64,000 nucleotides of DNA from assembly GCF_006345805.1 (NCBI RefSeq), contig NC_042998.1, positions 42,656,001 to 42,720,000 of the forward strand, read 5' to 3'. This document shows positions 38,315 through 49,677 of this stretch, piece after piece. The notes beneath the pieces were generated by a model that saw only the letters and a list, made by a program, of their open reading frames with translations, had not been told where the DNA came from and searched no databases. This stretch comes from Octopus sinensis. Lineage: Eukaryota. Position 1 is the first letter of the stretch. Every line of letters begins with the position of its first letter. The translations under genes and the position numbers were made by a program.

Positions 38315-38500
38315 CAATGCAAACCTTTGAATCAACCTTCTCCAATGCAGATCTCTAATGCAACCTTATCCAATCGAAATCTTTGAGTCAACCTTCACTG
38401 CAGATCTCCAATGCAAACCTTCGATGCATCCTTATCCAGTGCAAACCTTCAATGCAGATCTCCGAGGCAACCATCTCCAATGCATATCTTCGATGCAGCT
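38315..38500. repeat. Short-period (~12-15 bp) degenerate tandem repeat
   Basis: Recurring atgca(g/a)a(t/c)ct(c/t).. units. Confidence 0.7.
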
Positions 38501-38965
38501 TTGACCGATGGAGAGGTTAGCACTAGATCGGGATTAGTCGCTGCCTTTTAGAAGCTCCCGAGCCCCCTTTCGCTAAGTTAGCTTAGGCTTAGGTTAAGGC
38601 ATAGTTGTGATCCGAACATAACCTCTTCTGATACAGAGGATCGGGAGCCCTTTTGGGCGTTATATTTTCCTTGCCGGAAGAGTTCCCAACCCATGGGCGA
38701 AGGGGGTTAGATGATGATGGGGTGGGGGTCGAAAGGGCCGGCATGTGCAACCTGATCACTTCTGCCGGTCAAACTCCCAACCCATGCATTCCAGTCGTGA
38801 CACTGATTCTGCAGAACTGGGCTGGGTGTGAAAACTAACTTTAAAATATAAATATAGATTTTTTGAATCAGCAATGTTGTGTTCGGTTAAGTCCTTTTTG
38901 AGGTGAAAAATCAATAAACTGATTCCTTATGGGATTTCCCAATCAAATTGTCTGCAACCCATTCT

Positions 38966-39380
38966 GGATATTTTCGGTTTGAACGGCAGTTTTTTCTAGC
39001 GGTGTCACCCATAATTATGACCCTAGTATCAATCTATTGCATTTCAATCTGTTTTAAGATTAGGGTTAGGGTTAGGGGTGGGGGGAAGGGTATCTTTTTT
39101 TCTTCACAAATGTAAATAAACCCAATCTGTTTCTTAAACGAGGGACATATTCATACGGCACAGAATGTTTTTTTTTTTACCTCAATAGACGTCATTGCTT
39201 GGTTGAATTTGCAAAAATTGAAGAAAAAAACAACAAATATCTTACAAACTATAGAATTTTCTCAATAACGTCAAGAGAAAAAGATGTTTTATAAACACAT
39301 TCTACTAGTATACGAAGTTTAAAAGTGTTTAGTTACGTGGAAATTATTTGAAAAAACTGCCGTTCAAACCGAAAAGATCC
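38966..39380. mobile_element. MITE-like element with ~30-bp terminal inverted repeats and internal TTAGGG repeats
   Basis: gatattttcggtttgaacggcagttttttc versus gaaaaaactgccgttcaaaccgaaaagatc (29/30 match); ttagggttagggttagggg at ~39060. Confidence 0.8.
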
Positions 39381-39735
39381 CCCATTCTTTTTCTAGTATC
39401 TCCACTTATCCGTATAGTAAATAGAAACAGAAAGAAATATATTAGCGACAGAGGCAGTATTAAAACCGAGAGGCAATATTTATCGCCACTTAAATGTTCT
39501 ATTAGAACAAACTATACTGAGGTAGTTACCATGAGAAACTCTCATAGTTGACTTTTTGGAGCAAAATGCACTTTTCTTTAAATCGCTAGTGGAGACATAA
39601 ATCTCCGCTACCACTAGTCATATGATTTCCACCTTGCTTGGTCTTGTCATTGATGGACACTGAACCACAAGAGGCAGCAGCAGTTCAACTTGCCGTCAGC
39701 GATATATAGATTAATAGAGCCAAAATAGAAACTGG

Positions 39736-40315
39736 CAGAATCGTTAGCACGCCGGGCGAAATGCGTAGCCGTATTTCGTCAGCCGCGACGTTCTGAGTTC
39801 AAATTCCGCCGAGGTCGACTTTGCCTTTCATCCATTCGGGGTTGATAAATCAAGTACCAGTTACGCACTGGAGTCGATATAATCGACTTAATCCCTTTGT
39901 CTGTCCTTGTTCGTCCCCTCTGTGTTTAGCCCCTTGTGGGTAGTAAAGAAATAGGTATTTCGTCTGAGTTCTGAGTTCAAAATTCCGCCGAGGTCGACTT
40001 TGCCTTTCATCCTTTTGGGATCGATAAATCAAGTACCAGTTACGCACTGGAGTCGATATAATCGACTTAATCCCTTTGTCTGTCCTTGTTCGTCCCCTCT
40101 GTGTTTAGCCCCTTGTGGGTAGTTAAGAAATAGGTATTTTGTCTGCCGTTACGTTCTGAGTTCAAAATTCCGCCGAGGTCGACTTTGCCTTTCATCCTTT
40201 CGGGGTCGATAAATTAAATACCAGTTACGCACTGGGGATCGATGTAATCGACTTAATCCGTTTGTCCCCTCTATGTTGAGCCCCTTGTGGGTAGTAAAGA
40301 AATATATATACATTG
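39736..40315 (+). mobile_element. SINE family C head-to-tail trimer with a 22-bp flanking direct repeat
   Basis: Units start gttctgagttcaaa at 39790, 39968 and 40153; flanks atagagccaaaatagaaactgg (39714-39735) and atagaaccaaaatagaaactgg (40316-40337). Confidence 0.85.
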
Positions 40316-40439
40316 ATAGAACCAAAATAGAAACTGGTATTCCTATTAGCTAGTTAGCTTGTTAAAAAAATGTAATGATTTGAGAGTTGCTTCCCCTTAT
40401 GAGGTGTTGGACTTCACTTAAACGCTGTAAACAGAAACT

Positions 40440-40581
40440 GTAAAAGAGGTCGACTTCCGCTTGCAGCAGCAGCAGGATTCCACTGACATCTAAAATAGGT
40501 GATTGGGAGAAGATTTCGTTGTTAGCGGCGGCGCATGCTTAATATGGCCGCTTACTCATGACATGTGGAGAGAGAGCATTT
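40440..40581 (+). promoter_or_regulatory. Candidate promoter and non-coding first exon of the RWD-RING gene
   Basis: Locally GC/CpG-rich patch with an ETS-like CTTCCG (~40454), a YY1-like AATATGGCCGC (40541) and a strong donor T|GTAAGT at 40582 that could pair with the acceptor at 41785. Confidence 0.45.
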
Positions 40582-41802
40582 GTAAGTTGAACTAGTATTT
40601 GTTTGACAATCATTGTTACTGGCATATAAACAAATCATCATCATTTTAAAATATCCACCAAAATAATCATTCTTTACTAGATATTCTATAAATCTATGTC
40701 TGCCGATATTAGTCCTTATTATTTGTCTTGATAATATTATTATTGTTCTGTGTAGAAAGCATGGATATTTCACAAACTTCTATATAATATAAAAATCTGT
40801 TGCAGATTCACACAGACCGACTGTGCACCGAATCGTCATCATCATGATTATTAAAAATTCATGTTATTCTCTTGTATTTAAATTTTCTAGAATTCGTTTA
40901 TTTGGGAAGACAAAGTATATAGATGATGTAGAAGTGGAAATTTTGTATCAAATGTCACTTGTGGAACCAATCGTAATTTTCGACATTTTTAAAGATTTTG
41001 CTTGTGCGTAAATTTCTTTGTTTTAGTTTATTTTTTTCTCATTAGCTTTCATTCGTACTTTTTTTTTTTGGTGGGGCGAATAGGGCGCTATTTCTATTGT
41101 TTCCAATAGAAATTTTGAGTTATAAAGCAATATATTTATTGAATAATATGTTTCGAATTATGTTAGTATCAAATTGAATACATTTCTTTATCTCTACGAA
41201 AAGTTTCTGCAATGTCAGAAGGTTTACTGACTTACATAAAGTGTGATATTCATCTGATGAGGATTATGTCTCACGGACAAATGGATAAAGTTGATTAACT
41301 CTACCTTTGCTATATGCTTTTATTAGACTCGAATATTAAGAAAGCAAAATATATAAAACTGTATTCTTAGAAGTTAATGTGGTTGTTGTCAGCTGTGATC
41401 AAACGGACACGGGATAAAAGGCGTTCTGGCTTTGCCAATCTGTCTTTTTATATATCAGTGACAACATCGTACAATGTCTTTCTTTTTTATTATTATTACT
41501 TAAGACTGTAGGTTGTGTTGAGGGTGATTTAGCTGCCATTTCTAGCAGTCAAGCTACCGCATATAAACTCGTCATCGTGTCGTTATGTCATACCCGTAAT
41601 GTATTGAATCATCAAAAAGTGTGCGTGTAGGAAGAATTATACATATATTTTCTTCGTTTTGTTTTAATAAGTCTTTAACCAACGCAAGTGCTTACTTCTA
41701 TAAAACTTTGTGATTTTATGTTTGTGTTATCTTTTATTTTCAAGTCAATATAAACTATAATGAAATATTCATACACTGTTTGTAGAATTGGATATTCAAA
41801 CT

Positions 41803-41924
41803 ATGGCAAAAGATCGAGATAAATTCATTCAAAATGAGTTACAGATTGTTGAAAAGGAATGGTCTCGTATGGAAGGATCCCAGTTACACACTTGTCTGGA
41901 GGCATTGGTTGCGATTACTATAAA
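41803..41924 (+). CDS. RWD-RING gene exon 1 (MAKDRDKFIQNELQIVEKEW...VAITIK)
   Basis: ATG at 41803, donor gtaagt, phase 2; upstream acceptor tgtag at 41785. Confidence 0.75.
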
Positions 41925-44900
41925 GTAAGTGTAATTTTTAAATATTTCTTTCATATACAGAAACAGCAGTATTTTCAGCGTGGCTAGAAAGTCACAATTT
42001 GAACTTCAGGTTCCATAGTTATATTACTACACAAAATGAAACACATCATCCTACGTGACAATTGGTGTGCAACCGTATTAGCTGGCATATATTGCATATT
42101 CACGCGTAAGACGCTTCCCAGCTTTAGAAGTATATTTTGGGGGAAAATAAATTCAGCATGTTTCATCATAGGCCTATTGAATATTTCTAAGTGGTCTTCA
42201 TCATCATCGTTTAACGTCCGCTTTCCATGGTAGCATGGGTTGGACGATTTGACTGAGGCTGACAAGCCAGATGGCTGCACCAGGCTCCAATCTTAATCTG
42301 GCAGAGTTTCTACATCTGGATGCCCTTCCTAATGCCAACCACTCCGAGAGTGTAGTGGATGCTTTTACGTGCCACCGGCACGGGGCCCAGTCAGGCGGTA
42401 CTGGCAATGATCTCGCTCGAATGTTTTAACACATGCCACTGGCACAAGTGCCAGTAAGGCGATGCTGGTAACGATCACGCTCGAATGGTGCCTTTTACGT
42501 GCCACCGGCACGGAAGCCAGTTAGCTGCTCTGGCAACGATCACGCTCGGATGGTGCTCTTAGCACACTACTAGCACGGGGCACAAGTGCCAGTAAGCCGA
42601 CGCTGGTAACAATCATACTCGAATGGTGCCTTTTATGTGCCACTGGCATGGAAGCGGGCTAGCCACTCTGTCAACGATCACACACGTATGGTGCTCTTTG
42701 CACCCCACTAGCACAGATGCCAGTCATTGAATTTGATTTCGATTTCACTTGCCTCAACAGGTCTTCGCAAGCAGAGTTTTGTGTCCAAAGAAGGAAAAGG
42801 TACGCATAAATGGGCTGGTTATGCCCCCAACATTTGACATCCATTTTCCATACTGGCATGGGTTAGACGACTTGACAGTAATTGGCAAGGCCAGAGGTCA
42901 CACCGTGTTCCATAGTCTGTTTTGACTTGGTTTCTACAGCTGGATGCCCTTCCTAACACAAACCGATTTACAGTGTGTACTAGGTGCTTTTTTTATGTGG
43001 CACCATCACCAATGCTTTTTATGTGGCACTTTGGTTTTAGGATCTCAGTTCTGTTGTGGTGGGTGGGTCTTCTTTAGTATAGCAATGCACCACATATCTT
43101 TGTCCTCTGTCATCTTCTTTCATAAGGCTCAGCATTTTGAGACTGGCCTGCAATTCTGTGCTTGTAAGTACAATACTGTGACAGAACATTGAAATAAAAT
43201 ATGAAACCGTAAATTTATCATATGCAATTACATTATACAAATAACATATTTCAACTTTTTTAATCTTTTTCCATATCAACTGTGTAGCTGTTTATATTAT
43301 GGTCAAGTGAACGGCCTTACACAATGGTAAAATTTGTATATTTGGCTTTAATGTTTTGCATTACTGCATTCAGCCACCAGGGTGGTACACCATTATTATT
43401 CTGTTGTCATTCACTCATTGCAAACAGCTGACAGGTGACTGGAAATTTAACACTCTACATCTTTCTAATAGAATTTTCATTTAGATAATTAAAAACAAAA
43501 TGCTTCTTAAAGGTAATGAGGTCATTAAATAAAGTAAGACACATATCAGATGTGGATTGTGTATGCTAGAGAAGGTGGTATGATGAGATGATGTCGCTCC
43601 ACCACGTTACTGATTTACTGTAAGCAATTTTTCATTAGTTTTTGCAAGCAGACTGTGATATTTTGGCTTATTTTCTATACTATACTATTAATAATAATTA
43701 ATGTGCCTAGTAGATCTTTTGCTCATCCAGCTTTCTAGCCGGCAATACTCATTCTTGCATCCATAATACAACTGCATTGCATGCAGGGCAATTTTTTGAT
43801 ATATTTTTTTAAAATGCACTCTTTATATGCCAGCAATTATGATATGTGGTCACTGGACTTGATATAAAAAAAACAAAACAATCTTCTTAAAATTTTAGAG
43901 GATATGTTAGAGAATGTTATCCTCGGTACCTGTGAAAAGATGGCATGATCATGATTGTTATGTCTTTGATCATAGGTTTATTTAATCAGAATTGTCCTGA
44001 TGCTTAACAATAACTCACCATCAAATACAAACAAACCTAGCTCTGTAGATTGTCAGAAGTAGCATGTTGAATGTCAGCTTAATATTAAATTAGTTTTCAA
44101 AGCCTGAGTTCGTTAATTTTTCTTTGCCTTGCATTGGTTCATGCTCATAATCATTTCAAAGTCTCTTAAAATGAAGTTATTAGGGGGAAATGTCCAAGTG
44201 AGATTTTACTACATAGTCCAAGAGCTCAAATCCTGCCACTGCTTACTTGAGTGGTAGATTTAATTGTTGCCCGGTTAAACACCACTATATGGCACTTTGG
44301 ATACCTTCAGCAGAGTCCACTCTGTTGCAAACATTTGAACCAAGTCTCTGGTTTGGATATACCTTCTTTCTTCCTTCCACCAGCATTAGATGTGGATATT
44401 GCTTTCCCTCCTGAATTAAAGATGAAATATTTTTTAAAAAAATGACAAGACAGAATAAGAGTTGTAACAAATATACCAGTTTAGGGGTTGGGGGGGGTCA
44501 AGTGGCATTCAGTTCATTTAAATAGAATTAGTATTGATAACAAGATAGAGTTTAAACTATTGTAGTAGTAATGAGAGAGAGACAGTGAGTAATAGTCAAG
44601 TTATAATGTGTTGTTGAATGAAAGCTTGTTGAAGTAGAAGTTATTTTTCCTCTATTTTTTAAAATTCTGGACATTGTCCCAGAATTTGAATGTATGTTTG
44701 AGAGCAGGTGTGAGAGTGAAGTTAAAAAGCTTCTCAATTGCATAATTTCAGGTTTGATCTCATTGTGTGACACTTTTAGCATGTGACTTCTACCAAAGAT
44801 TGGATTGACCAAATTCCCTTCACAAAGCCTTGTGTGTGGAATTTAAGAAGTCAAAAACTGTGCGGAAGCCCACATAACTGTATATATTCTTGTCTGTTAG

Positions 44901-47900
44901 ACCTAATCCATTACCTAGTTTAAATCTGTTATATGACTCTTTAGTGTCTCTTCTGTTTTTGAGTCAGAGGATAACTCCATAATCCTAATCCACTTCTTCC
45001 AACTATAACTCTCAGTTCAGTGGTTCTTCCTTTAACTTTCTCCAGCAGTCTTGGAAGACCTGTAATAATTACGAGCACTGCTTTTCCTCTTGTCTAAGCA
45101 ACTAAAACAATAAGTACAACATCCCAAATGTAAATATTGTTTTGTAAGCTATATATGTTTTCCATATGGTCAGTAACTTTTCAGAGTTGAAGTATTCTCT
45201 GGCTCTGGTTATGTAAAAAAAAAAAGTCTTTACAGAACACTATTTGCTATGCCATGTATATATATGGTATATGGTTGCCAGTGAACATAGTTATGGATTT
45301 AGTTGGGTGTTGTTGATAGACAGTGAGAATGTTGAATGGTGGTATGTCTTCTTCAGATATGTGGTCACTGTATTTTGGTACTTTTGAATGGAAGTAGATT
45401 GTTGAGTCTTTATTGCAAGCTATTTTTGTGGTCACTGTTTAGGCAATATGAGCGTGCCTAGTAGGAAGATATACAGACTGGTATTATCTATATGTGTGAG
45501 TGAGTCTACCTGCAACTGACAGTAAGTCAAGTATTCATATAATGAAAGAAAGGGATTAAGAGAGAGAGAGAATAACCCAGCTCTGAGGTATATATTAATT
45601 GTATGAGTGTGATTGACTAATGATTTTGTGAGCCCTGAGGTGAGCAACTTTGCTAGATTCTCAGGTCATGGGTTGTGTGGTTTTTTTTAGCAAGTTTACT
45701 TCCACACTGTCTAGTTCAATCCTAAGATGCAGTATCTTATGCAAGCAGCTTTTCCCATATCTTTGGCTCTTCGAAAGTCAAGTAAGTCAAGTATTCATAT
45801 AATGAAAGAAAGGGATTAAGAGATAGAGAGAATAACCCAGCTCTGAGGTATATATTAATTGTATGAGTGTGATTGACTAATGATTTTGTGAGCCCTGAGG
45901 TGAGCAACTTTGCTAGATTCTCAGGTCATGGGTTGTGTGGTTTTTTTTAGCAAGTTTACTTCCACACTGTCTAGTTCAATCCTAAGATGCAGTATCTTAT
46001 GCAAGCAGCTTTTCCCATATCTTTGGCTCTTCGAAAGCCTTATGAGTGAAATATGGAAACTATGGAAGCCTGTCAGATTATTCCTATTCTTGGACAGTAG
46101 ATGAAACCTGTTACTGGGTCTAACACCACCATCTGGCTCTTGGGTGACTTTTGTAGAGTCCATTCTCTTGAATGTGGTCAGGCCAATCTGAAGGTTTTCC
46201 TCCTCCTTTTACTAAGCCATGAAAAAATAATTTTCCCTCCTTCTTGGTCTTTTATAAAATCCCTGGGTGCAGCAAAAGCTTTATTCTTTGTAATATTATA
46301 ATTTGGTTTCTTGCACAGTTATACTAGAATTAACTTGTAAATAATTCTAATGTGTATATTTTTATATATGTTTTTAAAAACAAATTTTGAATTTTTGTAT
46401 TTTTCTGTTTTCTCATCTATGAGATCTGCTTTTGTGGTCTTAAGCCAATAAAAGCCTACTTGACACAACAGTCACATCTCTCTTAGTTTATGTTCTCAAA
46501 CATCATTTAATGTCTGTTTTCCATGCTGGCAGGAGTTGGATGGTTTGGCTAGAGCTGGCAAGCTGGAGAGTTGTACCAGGGTCCAAGCTGTTTCTATGAC
46601 TTGATGCCCTTCCTAACGCCAACCACTTTACAGAGTGTACTGGGTGCTTTTTTTTACATGGCACCAGCACCAACAGGGTCACTGAGTAAAACTTGCAAGA
46701 CAAAAATCCCTTCAGCTGGAGAGCATTAATCAAGGTGGTTTAGAATATCAGTTCTGCTGTGGTAACAGGTCTTCTTGTATACAGCAAGATGCCAGATATC
46801 TCACTCCTTTGTCTTCTCCTTCATAAGGCTCAGTGTCTTAAAATTGGCCTTCCATCTACTTTAACTGACCTGCACTTCTTTATGCATTACATTACCAAAC
46901 CAGCATAGTCTTCTCTTTTGCACTACACCTAACTTTCTCTCAATACACGAGAGCTCTGTCATACATGTACACTAACATTACACATCCAGGCAGCATATTA
47001 ACCTATTCTTCTCTATCCTTCACATGTCCTCTGCATTCAGGACCCGCATTCCACTACTATGTAGCATTGCTATTTGTATGCATGCACCATACAATCTTCT
47101 GTTCAGTCTTTTTATAAAAAAATCAAATGCATTGGTCAGTATGATCTCTGATGTATGGATGGATGGATGGTTTTGGTTAGAATGCCTTTGGTCACAGGTT
47201 TTCTTCTTCTGGCTTAACCTAGATTTAAATAACAACAATCTTTATCTTGAAATATTTGCTCTGTTCACATTAAATTAAACAATATCATTTGAATACTTGT
47301 AAATGACAGCTTGTAAATTCTTTTGAAATGTCTGAATTTATTGTCCTATAAACTTAATTACATATTGATAACTATCAGTTTCTCATATGTTTGCTCTGAA
47401 ACTTTACTATGATTTATCTTTAATTTTGAAGGAAAACTTCATTCAAGTGTTTGTTAATGCGTATGCAATTTCCTGTCAACTATCCTCAAGAGGCAGTTAT
47501 TATTGAACTGAGCAGCAAAACTTTGTCAGATAAACTGCTTGATGGCCTCCAGAAAGTATGTGATGAAGAAAGTAAAAAATATTTAAACCAACCCCAGGTA
47601 AGTCTGTATCATTTTTAAAAATTTCATGATCTTTAATTCATTTCTTTTGAATAGCATGGAGAATTCTGGACATTAAATGATGACAATCACTTAATTTTTT
47701 TATTACTGATTGCCTTTTGTACTGTTAACTATATAGCTGTGAATGAAATATAGAATCTTATTTGTCAGCTAGGAAAGTTGAATGCAGAAAATATTACAAA
47801 TATTTAGAAGTAAAATACAGTCTTTGTTTAAGTTTGTGTTTTTTTGATTCTTTTGGATTTAAAAATCTGATATATTTGATTTTATTTCCCTTAGGTGGGG

Positions 47901-49619
47901 AATATGATAAATTTTGTAAGTCGCTTCCTGGATGAAAACAACTTATGTGTGTGCAGTAGCGAAATATCAGAAATCAAACGCAACATGCTTGAGGAATGTG
48001 ATGAAATTAAACTTCGGCAAAAAGCTTCCCAAATTATCATTAAAGCTCATCAAGAGAATTACTTTCTTCATTTCAAAGTTTCTGTCCCAATAGACTATCC
48101 TAAAACTCAGGTTGGGTAAGAAACATTTTAAAATTTCTTTACCTAATGGAGGTAATCCATTGCACTGCATTTTATATGTAATATTATTAAAAATACTCCT
48201 GAATATATTAGTTTGCTAATCATAACAATCACTATGGCTAGGAATTTTGGGGAGAAAATTCTTCTGCATAAAACTTTTTCATTTTGAGATTTAAAATTTT
48301 GGAAAGAGTGATTTTGTAACTGTTACAAATGAAGTCAGTATATCTGTTTTCAGACTGGCAAACTGTTGATAAAAGTAAAATTTGTAGAGTAAAACATCTC
48401 AAAATCTGTAGCAAAAGTACAGACATGACATTGTGCATAGTTATTTGTTATTAAATTTGATTTCTGTATCAGAAGTTTGTGGAATCCATTGGTAAACCTA
48501 TAAAAGTTGAGATTGAACTGATCATGGTCAAACAACTTTTAGTTTTGGTATTTGGGTAAAAAAGTATGTAAGTGCCTAAACAATGTCCATAGTTTCTGAA
48601 TAGGATCTTTGTGTGATAAAATATATATAAGAATTTAATGAAGGTGGCTCTTCAATTTAAATTGTTGGATTTTATTGAATGTTATTTTTTTTTTATTGCA
48701 TTTATTTTTCTAATATAAATGGCATGGTTATGCCAAATTCTGTTTGCATACCATTGGCATCAGGAAAGGCATCCAACCATAGAGCCATACCAAAACTGAC
48801 ACTGTAACTCAGCACAATCCTGCAGCATGCTGGATCCTCTCAAACCATCCAGTCCATTCCAGCATGAAAAATGGGCATTAAATGATGATGATAATGATCA
48901 CTTGATTTTTTTTATTGCTGGTTGCCTTTTCTGCTCTTAACTATTCAGCTGTGAATGAAATTTAGAATCTTATTTGTCAGCTAGGAACATTGAATGCAGA
49001 AATTATATCCTTTGCTAATGGACAGACTAAAGTGGCTATTGTAATAAAGTTTGAATTTCTTGACCACAAGTCATTGTTGTGGCCAATGACAGTGTCACCT
49101 GACTGTCTCCTGTGCCGGTGGCACATAAAATGCACCATTCAAGTGTGATCGTTGCCAGTGCTGCCTGACTGGCTCCCATGCCAGTGGCTCATAAAAAGTA
49201 CCCACTACACTCTCAGAGTGGTTGGTGATAGGAAGGGCATTCAGCAGTAGACATTGTCATATCTGATTGGAGCCTGGTGCAGCCTTCTGGCTTGCCAGAC
49301 CTCAGTCAAACTGTCCATCCCATGCCAGCATGGAAAGTGGACATTAAACAATGATGATGATGATAATGATAGTCAGTTGCTCATCACTTTAACTTCAAAG
49401 TTGAGGTTTCATATACTCTTTTACTCTTTTCAGTCATTTGACTGTGGCCATGCTGGAGCACCGCCTTTAGTCAAGCAAATTGACTCCCGGGACTTATTCT
49501 TTGGAAGCCTAGTACTTATTCTATCGGTCTCTTTTGCCGAACCGCTAAGTGACGGGGACGTAAACACACCAGCATCGGTTGTCAAGCAATGCTAGGGGGA
49601 CAAACACAGACACACAAAC

Positions 49620-49677
<58 letters not shown>

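Noticed and set aside
44940-46260. Possible LINE endonuclease relic on the minus strand
   Set aside because: It looks coding-like, but I could not identify any diagnostic motif.
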